NCBI GenBank assembly: GCA_041666545.1
Contig: JBAYGS010000005.1
Coordinates: 18,842 to 82,841, forward strand
Direction: 5' to 3'
Length of the DNA stretch: 64,000 nucleotides
Source: Minisyncoccota bacterium
Lineage (GTDB): Bacteria; Patescibacteriota; Minisyncoccia; Phycocordibacterales; JBAYGS01
Every line of letters starts with the position of its first letter. Positions within the stretch are counted from its first letter, which is position 1. Under the pieces are notes generated by a model. It ran no database searches and was not told the origin of the DNA. It saw only the letters and a list, made by a program, of their open reading frames with translations. The translations under genes and the position numbers were made by a program. Positions 37,925-47,610 of this stretch are shown here, in pieces.

Positions 37925-38212
37925 TCACAAATGAACAGCCCGATCCTTGAAGGCTGACTCAAAAATGAGCCGACCTAGACTGCCACCAAACTCGAGCCCC
38001 TCTCCGGCGGTTATCGCCCCAGAAGCAACCAGCTTGTGGAGCTCCTTGGACAGAATCACTGTCACCTCTTCTGCCAAAGTGACAGCACTCTCGGCTTGAC
38101 ACATTTTGCGAACCTTGGCGACCAATCCTTTGACCGGATCAACCGCCTCGGCGCCAAGAACCATCTGCCTCAGAAGTTGGTCCGCGATTTCCTGAAACCT
38201 TTTTCGTTCCAT
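37925..38212 (-). CDS. Hypothetical protein
   Basis: ATG 38212 (MERKRF) after AAAGGA; terminator 37890-37918. Confidence 0.6.
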   Translation of the reverse strand: MERKRFQEIADQLLRQMVLGAEAVDPVKGLVAKVRKMCQAESAVTLAEEVTVILSKELHKLVASGAITAGEGLEFGGSLGRLIFESAFKDRAVHL

Positions 38213-38250
38213 AGCATTCCTTTTGTTTTTGCTTGTCGATGCAGGCAACC

Positions 38251-38628
38251 CTAGGAGATGCCCTCGTAGGCCAGTCCGCAGACCATTCTGACATCATCAC
38301 CGCTACCGAGCAGTGTTTTAATGGCGAAACCGACAAGACCTACGGCTGTGCCAAAACACATCGCCGCTACAAGGGCGACCAGTGGCACCGCAAAGGACAC
38401 GGTCCAATCGGCAGATGTCTGACAATTAACGGCAACATACCCGGCGAGCCATCGACTAACGATGAAGAGCGTGCCCGCCGACAGTAGACAGACTGTGGTT
38501 GCCAAGGGTCGCCGCCACCACAGATTGTCCTTTCCGCTCACTACATCGGCCCAGCCGCGAATTATCGCGACCATCACCATAATGCACATGACGGTGACAG
38601 CAACCGGTTTGATCATTTCGATGTTCAT
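38251..38628 (-). CDS. Hypothetical membrane protein (about 3 TM)
   Basis: Perfect TTGACA-N17-TATAAT, GAAAGG RBS. Confidence 0.65.
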   Translation of the reverse strand: MNIEMIKPVAVTVMCIMVMVAIIRGWADVVSGKDNLWWRRPLATTVCLLSAGTLFIVSRWLAGYVAVNCQTSADWTVSFAVPLVALVAAMCFGTAVGLVGFAIKTLLGSGDDVRMVCGLAYEGIS

Positions 38629-38747
38629 GCTTTTGCCTTTCTCTTTGTTTTGTTTGTTTTCTGACTTTCTATGTGTATTATATCAAATTTGAGCCGACTT
38701 GTCAATCACTATTCCCGCCTTATTTATAGCCCTAAAATGAGGCCACA

Positions 38748-38779
38748 AGAGTAAAACCGCCCAGGGGCGGTTTTACTCT
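38748..38779. terminator. Bidirectional terminator downstream of rpsG
   Basis: agagtaaaaccgcc-cagg-ggcggttttactct. Confidence 0.75.
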
Positions 38780-38855
38780 GTTTTTATTTAGTTTTGAGGA
38801 AAGTTCGAGCCGCGTCAGGAATTTTTGCTCAAGCTTCTTATCGATGACGAGTGCC

Positions 38856-38943
38856 GACTAATTTCAAAAAGACTAGCGAGTGCGACGGCACGAGCTCGAG
38901 GAAAATTTCAGCAGAAATTTATCCGTGCTTTTTGAAATTAGTC
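38856..38943. repeat. Small element bounded by perfect 16-bp inverted repeats
   Basis: gactaatttcaaaaag ... ctttttgaaattagtc, 9 nt past rpsG stop. Confidence 0.6.
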
Positions 38944-38952
38944 AAAGCGAGT

Positions 38953-39423
38953 TTACCAGGCGAAGTGAGCGAAGGCCTTGTTCGCCTCTGCCATCTTGTG
39001 AGTGTTTTCTCTCTTCTTAACCGCCTCACCTTCGTTTTTAGATGCCAAAATGATTTCTTCAGCTAATTTTTCAGCCATTGGTTTGCCCTTTTTGGAGCGA
39101 GCCGCATCAACAATCCATTTCATACCCATGGCCTGTCGTCTCTCCGGACGAACTTCTCGAGGCACTTGGTAGTTGGCACCACCGACTCGTCGTGAGCGAA
39201 CCTCCATCAAAGGTGAAGTATTCTTTAAGGCAACTTCAAAAAGCTCGAGTGGGTTTTCGGTCTTGGCCTTCTCCTTCAAGCTGGCGAGTGCGCCATAAAC
39301 CACCTTGCGGGCGGTCACTTTCTTGCCGTCAAACATCAAATAATTCACCAACTTGGAAACTTTTGGCGAGCTATAAACTAAATCTGGAGCAATAGGCTTT
39401 TTGGTTTTAAGTTTTCTACGCAT
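38953..39423 (-). CDS. rpsG: 30S ribosomal protein S7
   Basis: DGKK..A, EVRSRRVGGANYQVP.EV, HKMAEANKAFAHF. Confidence 0.99.
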   Translation of the reverse strand: MRRKLKTKKPIAPDLVYSSPKVSKLVNYLMFDGKKVTARKVVYGALASLKEKAKTENPLELFEVALKNTSPLMEVRSRRVGGANYQVPREVRPERRQAMGMKWIVDAARSKKGKPMAEKLAEEIILASKNEGEAVKKRENTHKMAEANKAFAHFAW

Positions 39424-39443
39424 GTTTTAGATTGATTTAAGAA

Positions 39444-39502
39444 TTATGATTCACGATTCAAGAATTTAAGACTTTTCATTCCTGAATCTTGAATCCTGAA
39501 TC
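39444..39502. repeat. Inverted pair of GATTCA/TGAATC heptamer arms
   Basis: tatgattcacgattcaag ... cctgaatcttgaatcctgaatc in rpsL-rpsG spacer. Confidence 0.7.
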
Positions 39503-39507
39503 TGACT

Positions 39508-39921
39508 TTAGGCTTTCTTCGGTCTCTTGGTACCGTACTGACTGCGACCCTTGCGACGAGTCTCGACGCCGGTGGTATCGAGGACGCCACGGACAACCTG
39601 ATAGCGCAGACCGACATCCTTAACGCGACCACCACGAAGCATTACCACAGAGTGCTCTTGAAGGGCGTGGCCCATACCTGGAATATAAGCGGTGACCTCC
39701 AAACCGTTGGTCAAGCGAACGCGAGCAATTTTTCGAATAGCGGAGTTAGGCTTTTTCGGAGTCTTGGTGGTCACTTTAGTACAGACACCTCGTTTGAAAG
39801 GCGAAGGGAAAAAGACCGGTCGGTTTTTAACAGTATTGAAAGAACGCAAAAGTGCCACCGACTTTGGTTTGCGGTAGGTCTTGGTCCGTCGTCTTTTAAC
39901 TAGTTGATTGATGGTTGGCAC
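39508..39921 (-). CDS. rpsL: 30S ribosomal protein S12
   Basis: [32 protein letters not shown]; GTG start. Confidence 0.99.
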   Translation of the reverse strand: MPTINQLVKRRRTKTYRKPKSVALLRSFNTVKNRPVFFPSPFKRGVCTKVTTKTPKKPNSAIRKIARVRLTNGLEVTAYIPGMGHALQEHSVVMLRGGRVKDVGLRYQVVRGVLDTTGVETRRKGRSQYGTKRPKKA

Positions 39922-39930
39922 GATATTTAA

Positions 39931-39964
39931 TGGAAAATGGAAATCTCAAAATGAAAAATTATAA
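39931..39964 (+). repeat. Solo arm of the four-helix-bundle-type element in the rpsL leader
   Basis: 33/34 match to reverse complement of 29342-29375. Confidence 0.7.
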
Positions 39965-40038
39965 GATCTCAAATTAAACTAAAATTAGCCCAAGGGCTGT
40001 GTAGGCACTAATCTACTATGGTTCAATAATAATTGCAA

Positions 40039-40085
40039 CCCCGTTAGAGACAGCTCGTCGCCCCGACGACCTGTCTCTAACGGGG
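40039..40085. mobile_element. MITE-like element, CCCGTTAGA terminal inverted repeats
   Basis: ccccgttagagacag...ctgtctctaacgggg flanked by GCAA direct repeat. Confidence 0.7.
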
Positions 40086-40121
40086 GCAACCCCTTGTGTC
40101 AAAATCTCGAGGGTACGCCGT

Positions 40122-42575
40122 CTACGGGGTCGTAGTGGCCGTGGTTAAGCTTTCCGAAGTCAAGTTGAAGCTGGGATTTAACGGCTCGACAACATTAACA
40201 ACTCGCTCGGCAGTTCCCACATTGCCGGCTTGGTCCGTGGCGGTGTAGACAACGGTGTAGGCACCGACAATCGAAGTATCGACTTCGTCCCCAGAAGTAG
40301 TGACTCCCAAATTGTTATTCACATTGTCAGTGACAGTAGCACCTAGATCGGCGTAGCTATTCCCTTTCTCGACAGTGGCCGGATTATTGCCGGCAACCGT
40401 AATAACCGGAGGTTCTGAATCAGTAGGAGAAGCTTCGTTAGCTTGATCAGCTTCATTAGAAGAAGTGGAGGAGGCGACGGAGTTTCCGACAGAGGCGGAT
40501 TGATTGAGACCGTTTTTATTCAAAAGCTCTTGGAGTTCGGTTTTGGTAATACAGACATCCTCAACGCAGAGTTTTTTCACTGTTAGTGTGTCGGCAATAA
40601 TATTTTTGAAAGTCGCCAGACCGGAAGTGATATCAGTGCCCAAATCCCGCAAGGAACCGACAACCGAGTCGAAGGAAATGCCACTTGCATAGCCGCGATT
40701 TTCTAGAGCCTTCACCTTTTCCGAAAGCGCTTGAATACCGATTAGCGCCACGCCGGCCGGGTCAATACTGGAGATTGATTTACCACCCGAAGGTCCCCCA
40801 ACTTGAAAAGTCTGGTAGAAATCTTCCGCAATCGGACCGATATGCGTCACATCAGACGGTTCAGTTTTGTAATTCCAGCGAGTAATATCCAGGGAATTAA
40901 TTTTTCCCAAAACATCTTGTGGGTCGAGCTCGGTAAAATTCTCCTTGAGCCCACGAGAAGAAGCGTTGGTCCAGGATCCACCAGTAGTCACATAGGCCCC
41001 GGAATCCATTGTTAATGGCCCGAGAGTTGGAGTAGTTGTACCGATACCGACATTACCGCTTGAGTTGATTATAAAGTAGGTTCTAGTCGAAGAACCGACT
41101 ACAAAACTAGGAGTACCGGCCGGAGCGTGAACAGAAAGCTGACCCAAAGGAGTCGAAGTGCCGATACCAACCAGACCCTGAACAACTGAACCGGTATACG
41201 CCAAAATTACATTTCCCCCCGTGAGCCCGGAGCCCCCGTAAATTGAAACATTGGCGCCTGCCACACTACCGGTATTACTGTTTCCTCCCCTGATAGTCAC
41301 CGCTCCACCGGCATCTGATGTATTATCGCCACCGCGCAAAACCGCCGTCCCGGCGCCTGCGCCAGTATTATCTCCGCCCTGAAGAGTTGCCGTGCCTCCA
41401 CCGCTTGCACCGGCGCCACCGGCTTTGATTAGTACATCACCCGGGCTACCCGAAAGGCCGTCGCCCGCAGTGATAGTGATTGTTCCACCATTTCCATTTT
41501 GAGCTGAACCGGCAGTTATATTGATCGGACCACCATTGCTACTAGCATCAGTTCCGCCTCCACCAGATTTAAGAGTAAGTGTGCCTCCAGCCCCGGACGA
41601 ACCATCGCCGGCACGAAAAGTGGCCGACCCACCAATATTACTATCTCCGCCGTGGGTCGTTAGCGCACCACCGGTGTATCCGCTACCACCTCGAATCGTC
41701 ACTGAACCACCCGTGCTACCAGTATTGCCACCACCGATACCGGCCATAATCAAAAGTGACCCGCCAAAACCATTACCCGAGGTCGAGACGGCACCACCGG
41801 CCAAAATATCTAGGTCTGTACCGTTAACATCCGTATCCGCCGAGGTCGTTCCAACTTGAAATTTTCTCAACCCCGAACTCAAGCCCGACAGGAAGATATT
41901 TCCGGCTACTTCCAATTTACCTTCCGGCGTAGTCGTCCCTATTCCCACATTGCTCGCGGTCGAAACGAATAAAGTTGAGGTCGCCGTCACCGCATTCGAA
42001 GCCGCGGCATAAAATGGAACTTGACCAATAGAGGTAGCGGCATTCACTGTTCCTGAGCCGCCACCTGCGCCAACACAGGACCCGTTGACTGCAAAACAAC
42101 CACTCAACAAATTGATACCGCCAGTCGAACGAAAAGTTGAAGTGGCCGTACCGAAGTTGGCGACCCCTTGAACACTGAGAAGTGTGCCGGGGGTCGTGGT
42201 CGCCCCGATTCCGACATTGCCGGTATAATCAATATGAAACACGGTGCTAGTGGCTGAATTGGTTGAAGAACTGACAGTAAACAATGGCGAGGTACCCAAG
42301 GATGAGACCCCGGCGACTGAAAGTTTGGCCCATGGGGTACTGGTGCCGATACCATATTTGTTGGTGGTCGTGTCAACGGCAATTTGCAAAACCGTACAAT
42401 TAGCCGAGCCTGGCGTACACCCCGGATCCAGAGTCTCCCCTGGAGCAAAGGGCGCCGCGAACGCCGTACTGACACCAACGACTAGAAAAAGCATCGCTAC
42501 TAACAGAGACGCGAGCAGCGACGGACCGAGTAAATCGAAATAACCACGGGCAACTAAATTTAAGTTCTTCCGCAT
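40122..42575 (-). CDS. Secreted Gly-rich tail-fibre-like protein with peptidase S74 chaperone domain and DUF5011/Ig-like C-terminus
   Basis: Signal/TM ending AFA-AP; GNVGIGTTTP repeats; SSRGLKEN...WNYK...HIGPIAEDF; PVITVAG.NP.TVE.G..Y.D.GAT..D. Confidence 0.8.
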   Translation of the reverse strand: MRKNLNLVARGYFDLLGPSLLASLLVAMLFLVVGVSTAFAAPFAPGETLDPGCTPGSANCTVLQIAVDTTTNKYGIGTSTPWAKLSVAGVSSLGTSPLFTVSSSTNSATSTVFHIDYTGNVGIGATTTPGTLLSVQGVANFGTATSTFRSTGGINLLSGCFAVNGSCVGAGGGSGTVNAATSIGQVPFYAAASNAVTATSTLFVSTASNVGIGTTTPEGKLEVAGNIFLSGLSSGLRKFQVGTTSADTDVNGTDLDILAGGAVSTSGNGFGGSLLIMAGIGGGNTGSTGGSVTIRGGSGYTGGALTTHGGDSNIGGSATFRAGDGSSGAGGTLTLKSGGGGTDASSNGGPINITAGSAQNGNGGTITITAGDGLSGSPGDVLIKAGGAGASGGGTATLQGGDNTGAGAGTAVLRGGDNTSDAGGAVTIRGGNSNTGSVAGANVSIYGGSGLTGGNVILAYTGSVVQGLVGIGTSTPLGQLSVHAPAGTPSFVVGSSTRTYFIINSSGNVGIGTTTPTLGPLTMDSGAYVTTGGSWTNASSRGLKENFTELDPQDVLGKINSLDITRWNYKTEPSDVTHIGPIAEDFYQTFQVGGPSGGKSISSIDPAGVALIGIQALSEKVKALENRGYASGISFDSVVGSLRDLGTDITSGLATFKNIIADTLTVKKLCVEDVCITKTELQELLNKNGLNQSASVGNSVASSTSSNEADQANEASPTDSEPPVITVAGNNPATVEKGNSYADLGATVTDNVNNNLGVTTSGDEVDTSIVGAYTVVYTATDQAGNVGTAERVVNVVEPLNPSFNLTSESLTTATTTP

Positions 42576-42683
42576 TGCCATAATTATACAGCAAAATCCC
42601 AAGCCGGATTTAGCCAAACTGTTGATAGCTCTACCGTGAATTGGTGATTTGCTATTTAACATTTAGAGCGGTATATTATTGGT

Positions 42684-43079
42684 ATGGAAAACACTCCCGC
42701 GGCCAAAGCTAAAGTTTTAATTATCGAGGATGATAAATTTTTTATCGACCTCTTGGCCAAGCGCTTGAGCCAAGCCGGCTTCGCAGTCCTCTTTGCCAAC
42801 GACGGCAAGTCTGGAATTGCTATTATTAAAACCGAGAAGCCAGCCGTAGTACTTCTGGATGTCCTCTTGCCGGAGACTGACGGCTTTGAAGTTTTGAGTC
42901 AGATCAAGGCCGACGAGAGCACCAAAGCCATCCCGGTTATCCTGCTTTCAAATCTCGGCTCAAAAGAAAATCTCGAAAAGTCTCAGAAATTCGGCGCTTA
43001 CAACTTCATGATTAAGGCCACAGTCTCACTCGACCAAATCATCAAAGAGGCAACCAAGGCTATCTCAAGCATTAAGTAG
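42684..43079 (+). CDS. Single-domain response regulator receiver (CheY-like)
   Basis: LIIEDD, LLDVLLP..DGFEVL, PVILLSN, FMIK. Confidence 0.92.
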   Translation: MENTPAAKAKVLIIEDDKFFIDLLAKRLSQAGFAVLFANDGKSGIAIIKTEKPAVVLLDVLLPETDGFEVLSQIKADESTKAIPVILLSNLGSKENLEKSQKFGAYNFMIKATVSLDQIIKEATKAISSIK

Positions 43080-43129
43080 AAATCAGAAAACTAAAAAACC
43101 TCCCTTCGGAGGTTTTTTAGTTTTCTGAT

Positions 43130-45010
43130 CTAACCGATTAGGATTTCTCGATCAATAATCCCCTTCTTGGCGGCAATCGGCTCCGAAGTGTAAACCGGCA
43201 AATATGAGCCATCGTCATTTTTCTTCTCAAACTTTAGAATGTAAGTGCCAGTCTTATCGGGAGCTAACAAGAAATACCGCCCAAACTGATCGGTCACCTT
43301 CTGCATCACTTCAATATCGGTGCCAGAGTCAAAAACATGAACCAAGGCAAACGAGAGTGGCAGGCCAGTGTTCTTATCTTTCACCACTCCATAAGGTTTG
43401 TTGCCAAGACCGAAGACACGAAGCAAAAGTAAGACGATATAAAGAGCAAAAATTCCGATATTGTAAGGCTGTGGCGCGGCAAAGAGCGCAATCACAGCAA
43501 CGACAAAACCAAAGACGAAAAGCCAGTCGGTAATCTTGCGAATCAAACGATCATGTCTCGAGTAAAAATTCATCAGACCCTTATCTTTCTTGGCAAATTC
43601 ATTCCAGTCGAATTTTAGTGGGTCAAGCGGAATGTTCCGAGTAATCACCGCCCCCAGATTATCGACGGTAAGTTGTTCGCCGAAATAAAGGTCACCGTAA
43701 AGTTCATCCTTACCTCTTCCGGCCAAACGATCCGACGGAAAGACATAGTTGGTTTTGTTGGCCACGATTCGATAAGTGCCAGGACTTAAAAGAAAACCAT
43801 AGCGACCGTCGAGGTCGGTGATCGAGGTGTCGATTTCTTTACCATTCATATCATAGAGAACTACATAAGCCGGATCGAGCGGTTGTTTGGTGACACTGTC
43901 ATAGACAGTACCCCAAGGCAAGCGCCGTTTTTTCAGATTGAAAGCGGCCAGGAGCAGACCCCAGAGTCGCAAAGGCAAAAGGAAAATCTCCGAAATGGAC
44001 ACCGGGTTTACGAACAGGGCCGAAGCCGTCACCAGACCGCCGCCGATTGCACCGGCGGTTGCCACGGTCTTGGTCACCACCGAACCGGTCGGGGTGTTGA
44101 CGATGGCTTTGACATTTTGCGCCACCGCCGTCGCTGTCTCCACAACAAATCTGGCGCTATCTTGGACTTGAGAAATTAGATCTTGAAAAATCGCCCCTCC
44201 GCCTCCGCCGCCACCTGATGCACCACCCGCACCAACACCAGTACCCTCACCACCACCGGGAGAAGTAATGCCACAGTCCGTGCATGGTGGAGGTGGGGGC
44301 GGAGGAGGTAAAACAACTTCACACCCCACACACTCTTTTGGTGGTGGAGGAGGCAGAGACGGAGGTGGGGGTGGTAGTGAAGGTGGGGGTGGAAGTATTG
44401 TTCCGCCACCACCGCCACCTCCAGCAGGATCCGCTTCATCATTATCACCTGCGGAAGAGCAGCCTGGGTCATTCGGATAATCGATCTTGCTGTCGCTATC
44501 ATTGTCTGCACTATCATTACAGGCTATCCGATTGGCGGGCGGACGCCAGTCAGTATTAACTTTGTAATTGGTCGCCAAACAAGAATTGTCGGTCGAACAA
44601 TTAAAGATAATCCAACCAAGATTTTGACTCCAGGCATAGCCGGAAAAATCACCGGAGGAATTTATCGTGACTCCGCCGTTAGTCGGAGCAAAATTTATCC
44701 AACCGGTCACTTCGCCCCAGGCATAGCCGGAAAGTGTGCCACTGCTGTTTACCACCCCACTACCCGTCGGGGCCAAATTGATCCAACCGACAGTCTCACC
44801 CCAGGCATAGCCGGTTAAAGCCGAGTCAGTAATGTGCACATTCCCGTTAGTAGCGCCAAAATTGATGTAGCCGTATGAAGTATTCTCAAACCGAGCTTTG
44901 TCATTTGCTGAACTGCTCACTGTCCCATCGGTCGTCGATGCCGAAGCCAAAACCGGCAAAAAAATTCCCAGAACAATCGCGATGAGTTTTAATTTTTGAA
45001 TTTTAGTCAT
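43130..45010 (-). CDS. Surface/membrane protein with GYAW repeats, Pro/Gly linker and carboxypeptidase-regulatory-like domains
   Basis: GYAW.E..GWIN x3, CND..DND.D..IDYP.DPGC, poly-Pro, WGTVYDSVTKQPLDPA...TDLDGRYGF. Confidence 0.8.
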   Translation of the reverse strand: MTKIQKLKLIAIVLGIFLPVLASASTTDGTVSSSANDKARFENTSYGYINFGATNGNVHITDSALTGYAWGETVGWINLAPTGSGVVNSSGTLSGYAWGEVTGWINFAPTNGGVTINSSGDFSGYAWSQNLGWIIFNCSTDNSCLATNYKVNTDWRPPANRIACNDSADNDSDSKIDYPNDPGCSSAGDNDEADPAGGGGGGGTILPPPPSLPPPPPSLPPPPPKECVGCEVVLPPPPPPPPCTDCGITSPGGGEGTGVGAGGASGGGGGGGAIFQDLISQVQDSARFVVETATAVAQNVKAIVNTPTGSVVTKTVATAGAIGGGLVTASALFVNPVSISEIFLLPLRLWGLLLAAFNLKKRRLPWGTVYDSVTKQPLDPAYVVLYDMNGKEIDTSITDLDGRYGFLLSPGTYRIVANKTNYVFPSDRLAGRGKDELYGDLYFGEQLTVDNLGAVITRNIPLDPLKFDWNEFAKKDKGLMNFYSRHDRLIRKITDWLFVFGFVVAVIALFAAPQPYNIGIFALYIVLLLLRVFGLGNKPYGVVKDKNTGLPLSFALVHVFDSGTDIEVMQKVTDQFGRYFLLAPDKTGTYILKFEKKNDDGSYLPVYTSEPIAAKKGIIDREILIG

Positions 45011-45012
45011 AA

Positions 45013-45615
45013 TCAAAGACCCGTGATTAAGCGAAAAATCAGACCGACAACCGGGATTATTAGCTGCCAGATGAAAAAGACGAAAACCATCACCAAAACC
45101 AAACTGTATTTTTCCAACCAGACTCTAACTTCGCTAAACCGATAAGGAATCAAGCTAAATAAAATCTTGGAACCGTCGAGGGGCGGAATTGGCACCAAAT
45201 TGAAAATCGCCAACATCACATTGATTAGTGTAATCGCAGCAGAAATCTGGACAAGCGAACCTGGCAAACCCCAGACCGGTGCGAAACGAACCACTAAACC
45301 GAAAATCACTGCCAGCACCAGGTTTGAAATTGGACCGGCGATAGCAACCCAGGCCTCACTAAAGCGACCCTTCAGATTATAAGGGTTATACGGAACCGGT
45401 TTGGCCCAGCCGATGATGAAACCGCCGAGGTTGTAGGTCAAAAGAGGGAGAATAATCGAGCCAAACCAGTCCAAATGGTTAATCGGATTTAGAGTCAGGC
45501 GGCCGGCCAGACGCGCGGTCGGGTCGCCCAATCGGTCAGCCATCAGTCCATGAGAAACTTCATGAATGACTACGGAAAATATTAGAATGATGATAGAAAA
45601 AAGGACCTCAATCAT
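45013..45615 (-). CDS. Site-2 protease family (M50) membrane metalloprotease
   Basis: HEVSHG, GDPTA...GRLTLNP, FNLVPIPPLDG. Confidence 0.93.
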   Translation of the reverse strand: MIEVLFSIIILIFSVVIHEVSHGLMADRLGDPTARLAGRLTLNPINHLDWFGSIILPLLTYNLGGFIIGWAKPVPYNPYNLKGRFSEAWVAIAGPISNLVLAVIFGLVVRFAPVWGLPGSLVQISAAITLINVMLAIFNLVPIPPLDGSKILFSLIPYRFSEVRVWLEKYSLVLVMVFVFFIWQLIIPVVGLIFRLITGL

Positions 45616-45671
45616 TTAGGATTGCAAATTATTGTCTTTATGATACCATAGCGAGCACCTAATCTAAATAT

Positions 45672-45911
45672 ATGAAAATCTGCCCAGTTACAAAAAGAGG
45701 CTCGAGAATGGCCGGTGGCTACTCAAACCGCACTCGTGCCACCCAATTCAACCCGACCGGAAAAGTTCGGAAGCAAGTTAACCTGCAAAAAAAGACCATC
45801 TACATTCCGGAGCTTAAGAAATCAATCCGCCTTACCCTCTCCACCCGCGCTTTGAAAACTATCCAGAAAAACGGCGCTTTCCAGACTCTCCGCAAAGCCG
45901 GCTTAGTCTAA
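45672..45911 (+). CDS. rpmB: 50S ribosomal protein L28
   Basis: C.VT.R......SN....R...NLQKK.......IRL.LSTRALKT. Confidence 0.9.
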   Translation: MKICPVTKRGSRMAGGYSNRTRATQFNPTGKVRKQVNLQKKTIYIPELKKSIRLTLSTRALKTIQKNGAFQTLRKAGLV

Positions 45912-45974
45912 GTAAATAAAAAACTAGACAAATTAAAGCCCCTCACTTGTCCGCAAGTGAGGGGCGATTTGTTT

Positions 45975-47540
45975 TTAGCGACTTTTCGGTTCGGCTACTC
46001 GCTTGAGTTTTAGTCGCATAGCTTTTGGCATCATTAATTCCTTAAGTGAGGCCTTGATCAGGAAGACTCCCTCTTTTTTGACCAGGAGCTCGTCCATCTC
46101 TTCGGCCAAATCCGGCCGAGCTTCGCGCAAGGTCACAGTTTTGCCTCGGCGTCTGACCAAGAACTTGTCAGCTCCTGATTTAACATTCGACTTGAAGTCA
46201 TCGAGCAATACCATAGTCCTATCGTCGGCTTTAAACTTGATCGCTTCAGTCAGGGCTGCTGCCTCATTTGGAAAATGCTCGAGCTTATACTGGCCGGTCC
46301 AGCCATATATCGGGATGCAGAAGTTTTTCCCCATATACTTATCGATTTGCCCTTCCAGCCAAGCATCACCATATGTCAACAGTTCCTCCCGAGTCACGAA
46401 ACCGTCGAGAAACATCGCCTTGGTAATCGCTTTCGAAACCAAATACTCCAAGAAACGACTGACAGGATTATGATAAAGCTGGCGAAACATCATGACACGC
46501 AACTTAAGAAAGTTGGCCAAGCGTTCCGGACTGCTAAATACCACATCACCACCAACAATCCGCACCGAATCCCAGACCCCGCAAATATTGCGGTGCGCCG
46601 TGGCATGATCCAGAATTTGGAAAAACCCGGCCGAATAACTTTCCGAGTCCAATTCTTTTCTTTCCGTAAACCGGACAACTGACCGGCCTAAGTAAGCGTA
46701 AAGATCATGATTGGTGTAAGAGAGTTTATCCACGACATCAAGGACCTGGCCCGCCACCCCTTCTCCCTGAATTGTCTGATACAGTTCCGCCTCATCCAAA
46801 TAATATCGGTCGCGCAAACTCGGCCAATCCGGCAACTCAAACAAATCCGGAAAATGCTTGTCTTCATCAAAGAGATCCGGATCAATCAGCTTGGTGGTGT
46901 CCCCACCTGCCGGCGTCAAGGCATCATGACTTAGAGCCGCCACCCTAATCAGATTTGAAATCGGTTTCAGAGTGGGATTGTTTCCAATAATCAGGGTCGC
47001 CATGGCACTCGCCGTCAAAACATGGAGCCAGCGAGTATGGTCAAACGGCATCGCTCCAACCTCCCGATTGTTTTCGCGCAAGACCGGGTCATGAAGCAAT
47101 GCTAATTGCTTGATCCCCTGAAGCCGGAATAACCGTAAGGCGTGCGAGGTGTCAGCAATCAAGCCTTCATCCGAGATGATGTAGCCAAAACCGGCATGAT
47201 CAAGTCTGGGCACAATCGCCAAAGGGTCTGTCCCCTCACCGATCAGCCAATCAAATTGGAGCGATCGCTTTATGGCCGGCTCAAGACTCCGAAGCCAAGC
47301 CGGCTCAACCTGAGACTCCAGGCGTTGCCTTTCGTAGGCCGACTGGAGAGGCGCGTAGACGCCCAGCCAGCTTTGATTAATTGGCCTAATTTGGGCAGTA
47401 CGACAAAACCGACGATTTGAAGCCATTTTAGCCAAACGGCCCAAACAAGCTTTTGAGGGCTTTTGGGTTGGAAGATACCAGGTATCTTCCAAAAGAGTCG
47501 GGCTTACGGCCCGACTTAAAGAAGATGCGGTATATTTCAT
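45975..47540 (-). CDS. HD-superfamily phosphohydrolase, SAMHD1/YdhJ-like
   Basis: RL.GIKQL...HTRW.H...AALSHD...PAGGD...DKLSY..HD...R..M...LY. Confidence 0.75.
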   Translation of the reverse strand: MKYTASSLSRAVSPTLLEDTWYLPTQKPSKACLGRLAKMASNRRFCRTAQIRPINQSWLGVYAPLQSAYERQRLESQVEPAWLRSLEPAIKRSLQFDWLIGEGTDPLAIVPRLDHAGFGYIISDEGLIADTSHALRLFRLQGIKQLALLHDPVLRENNREVGAMPFDHTRWLHVLTASAMATLIIGNNPTLKPISNLIRVAALSHDALTPAGGDTTKLIDPDLFDEDKHFPDLFELPDWPSLRDRYYLDEAELYQTIQGEGVAGQVLDVVDKLSYTNHDLYAYLGRSVVRFTERKELDSESYSAGFFQILDHATAHRNICGVWDSVRIVGGDVVFSSPERLANFLKLRVMMFRQLYHNPVSRFLEYLVSKAITKAMFLDGFVTREELLTYGDAWLEGQIDKYMGKNFCIPIYGWTGQYKLEHFPNEAAALTEAIKFKADDRTMVLLDDFKSNVKSGADKFLVRRRGKTVTLREARPDLAEEMDELLVKKEGVFLIKASLKELMMPKAMRLKLKRVAEPKSR

Positions 47541-47610
47541 TGATAGCCTTTTTAAAGGTTCGTTTCTAAAATTACGCTACCATTAAATATTCACTTTGGC
47601 AAGCAAAACT

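Noticed and set aside
38796-38810. GAGGAAAGTTC resembling the RNase P RNA CR-I motif
   Set aside because: No matching 3' conserved motif or P4 pairing, and too little space
40122-42575. Prophage tail region
   Set aside because: Signal peptide present, no other phage genes, flanked by core genes
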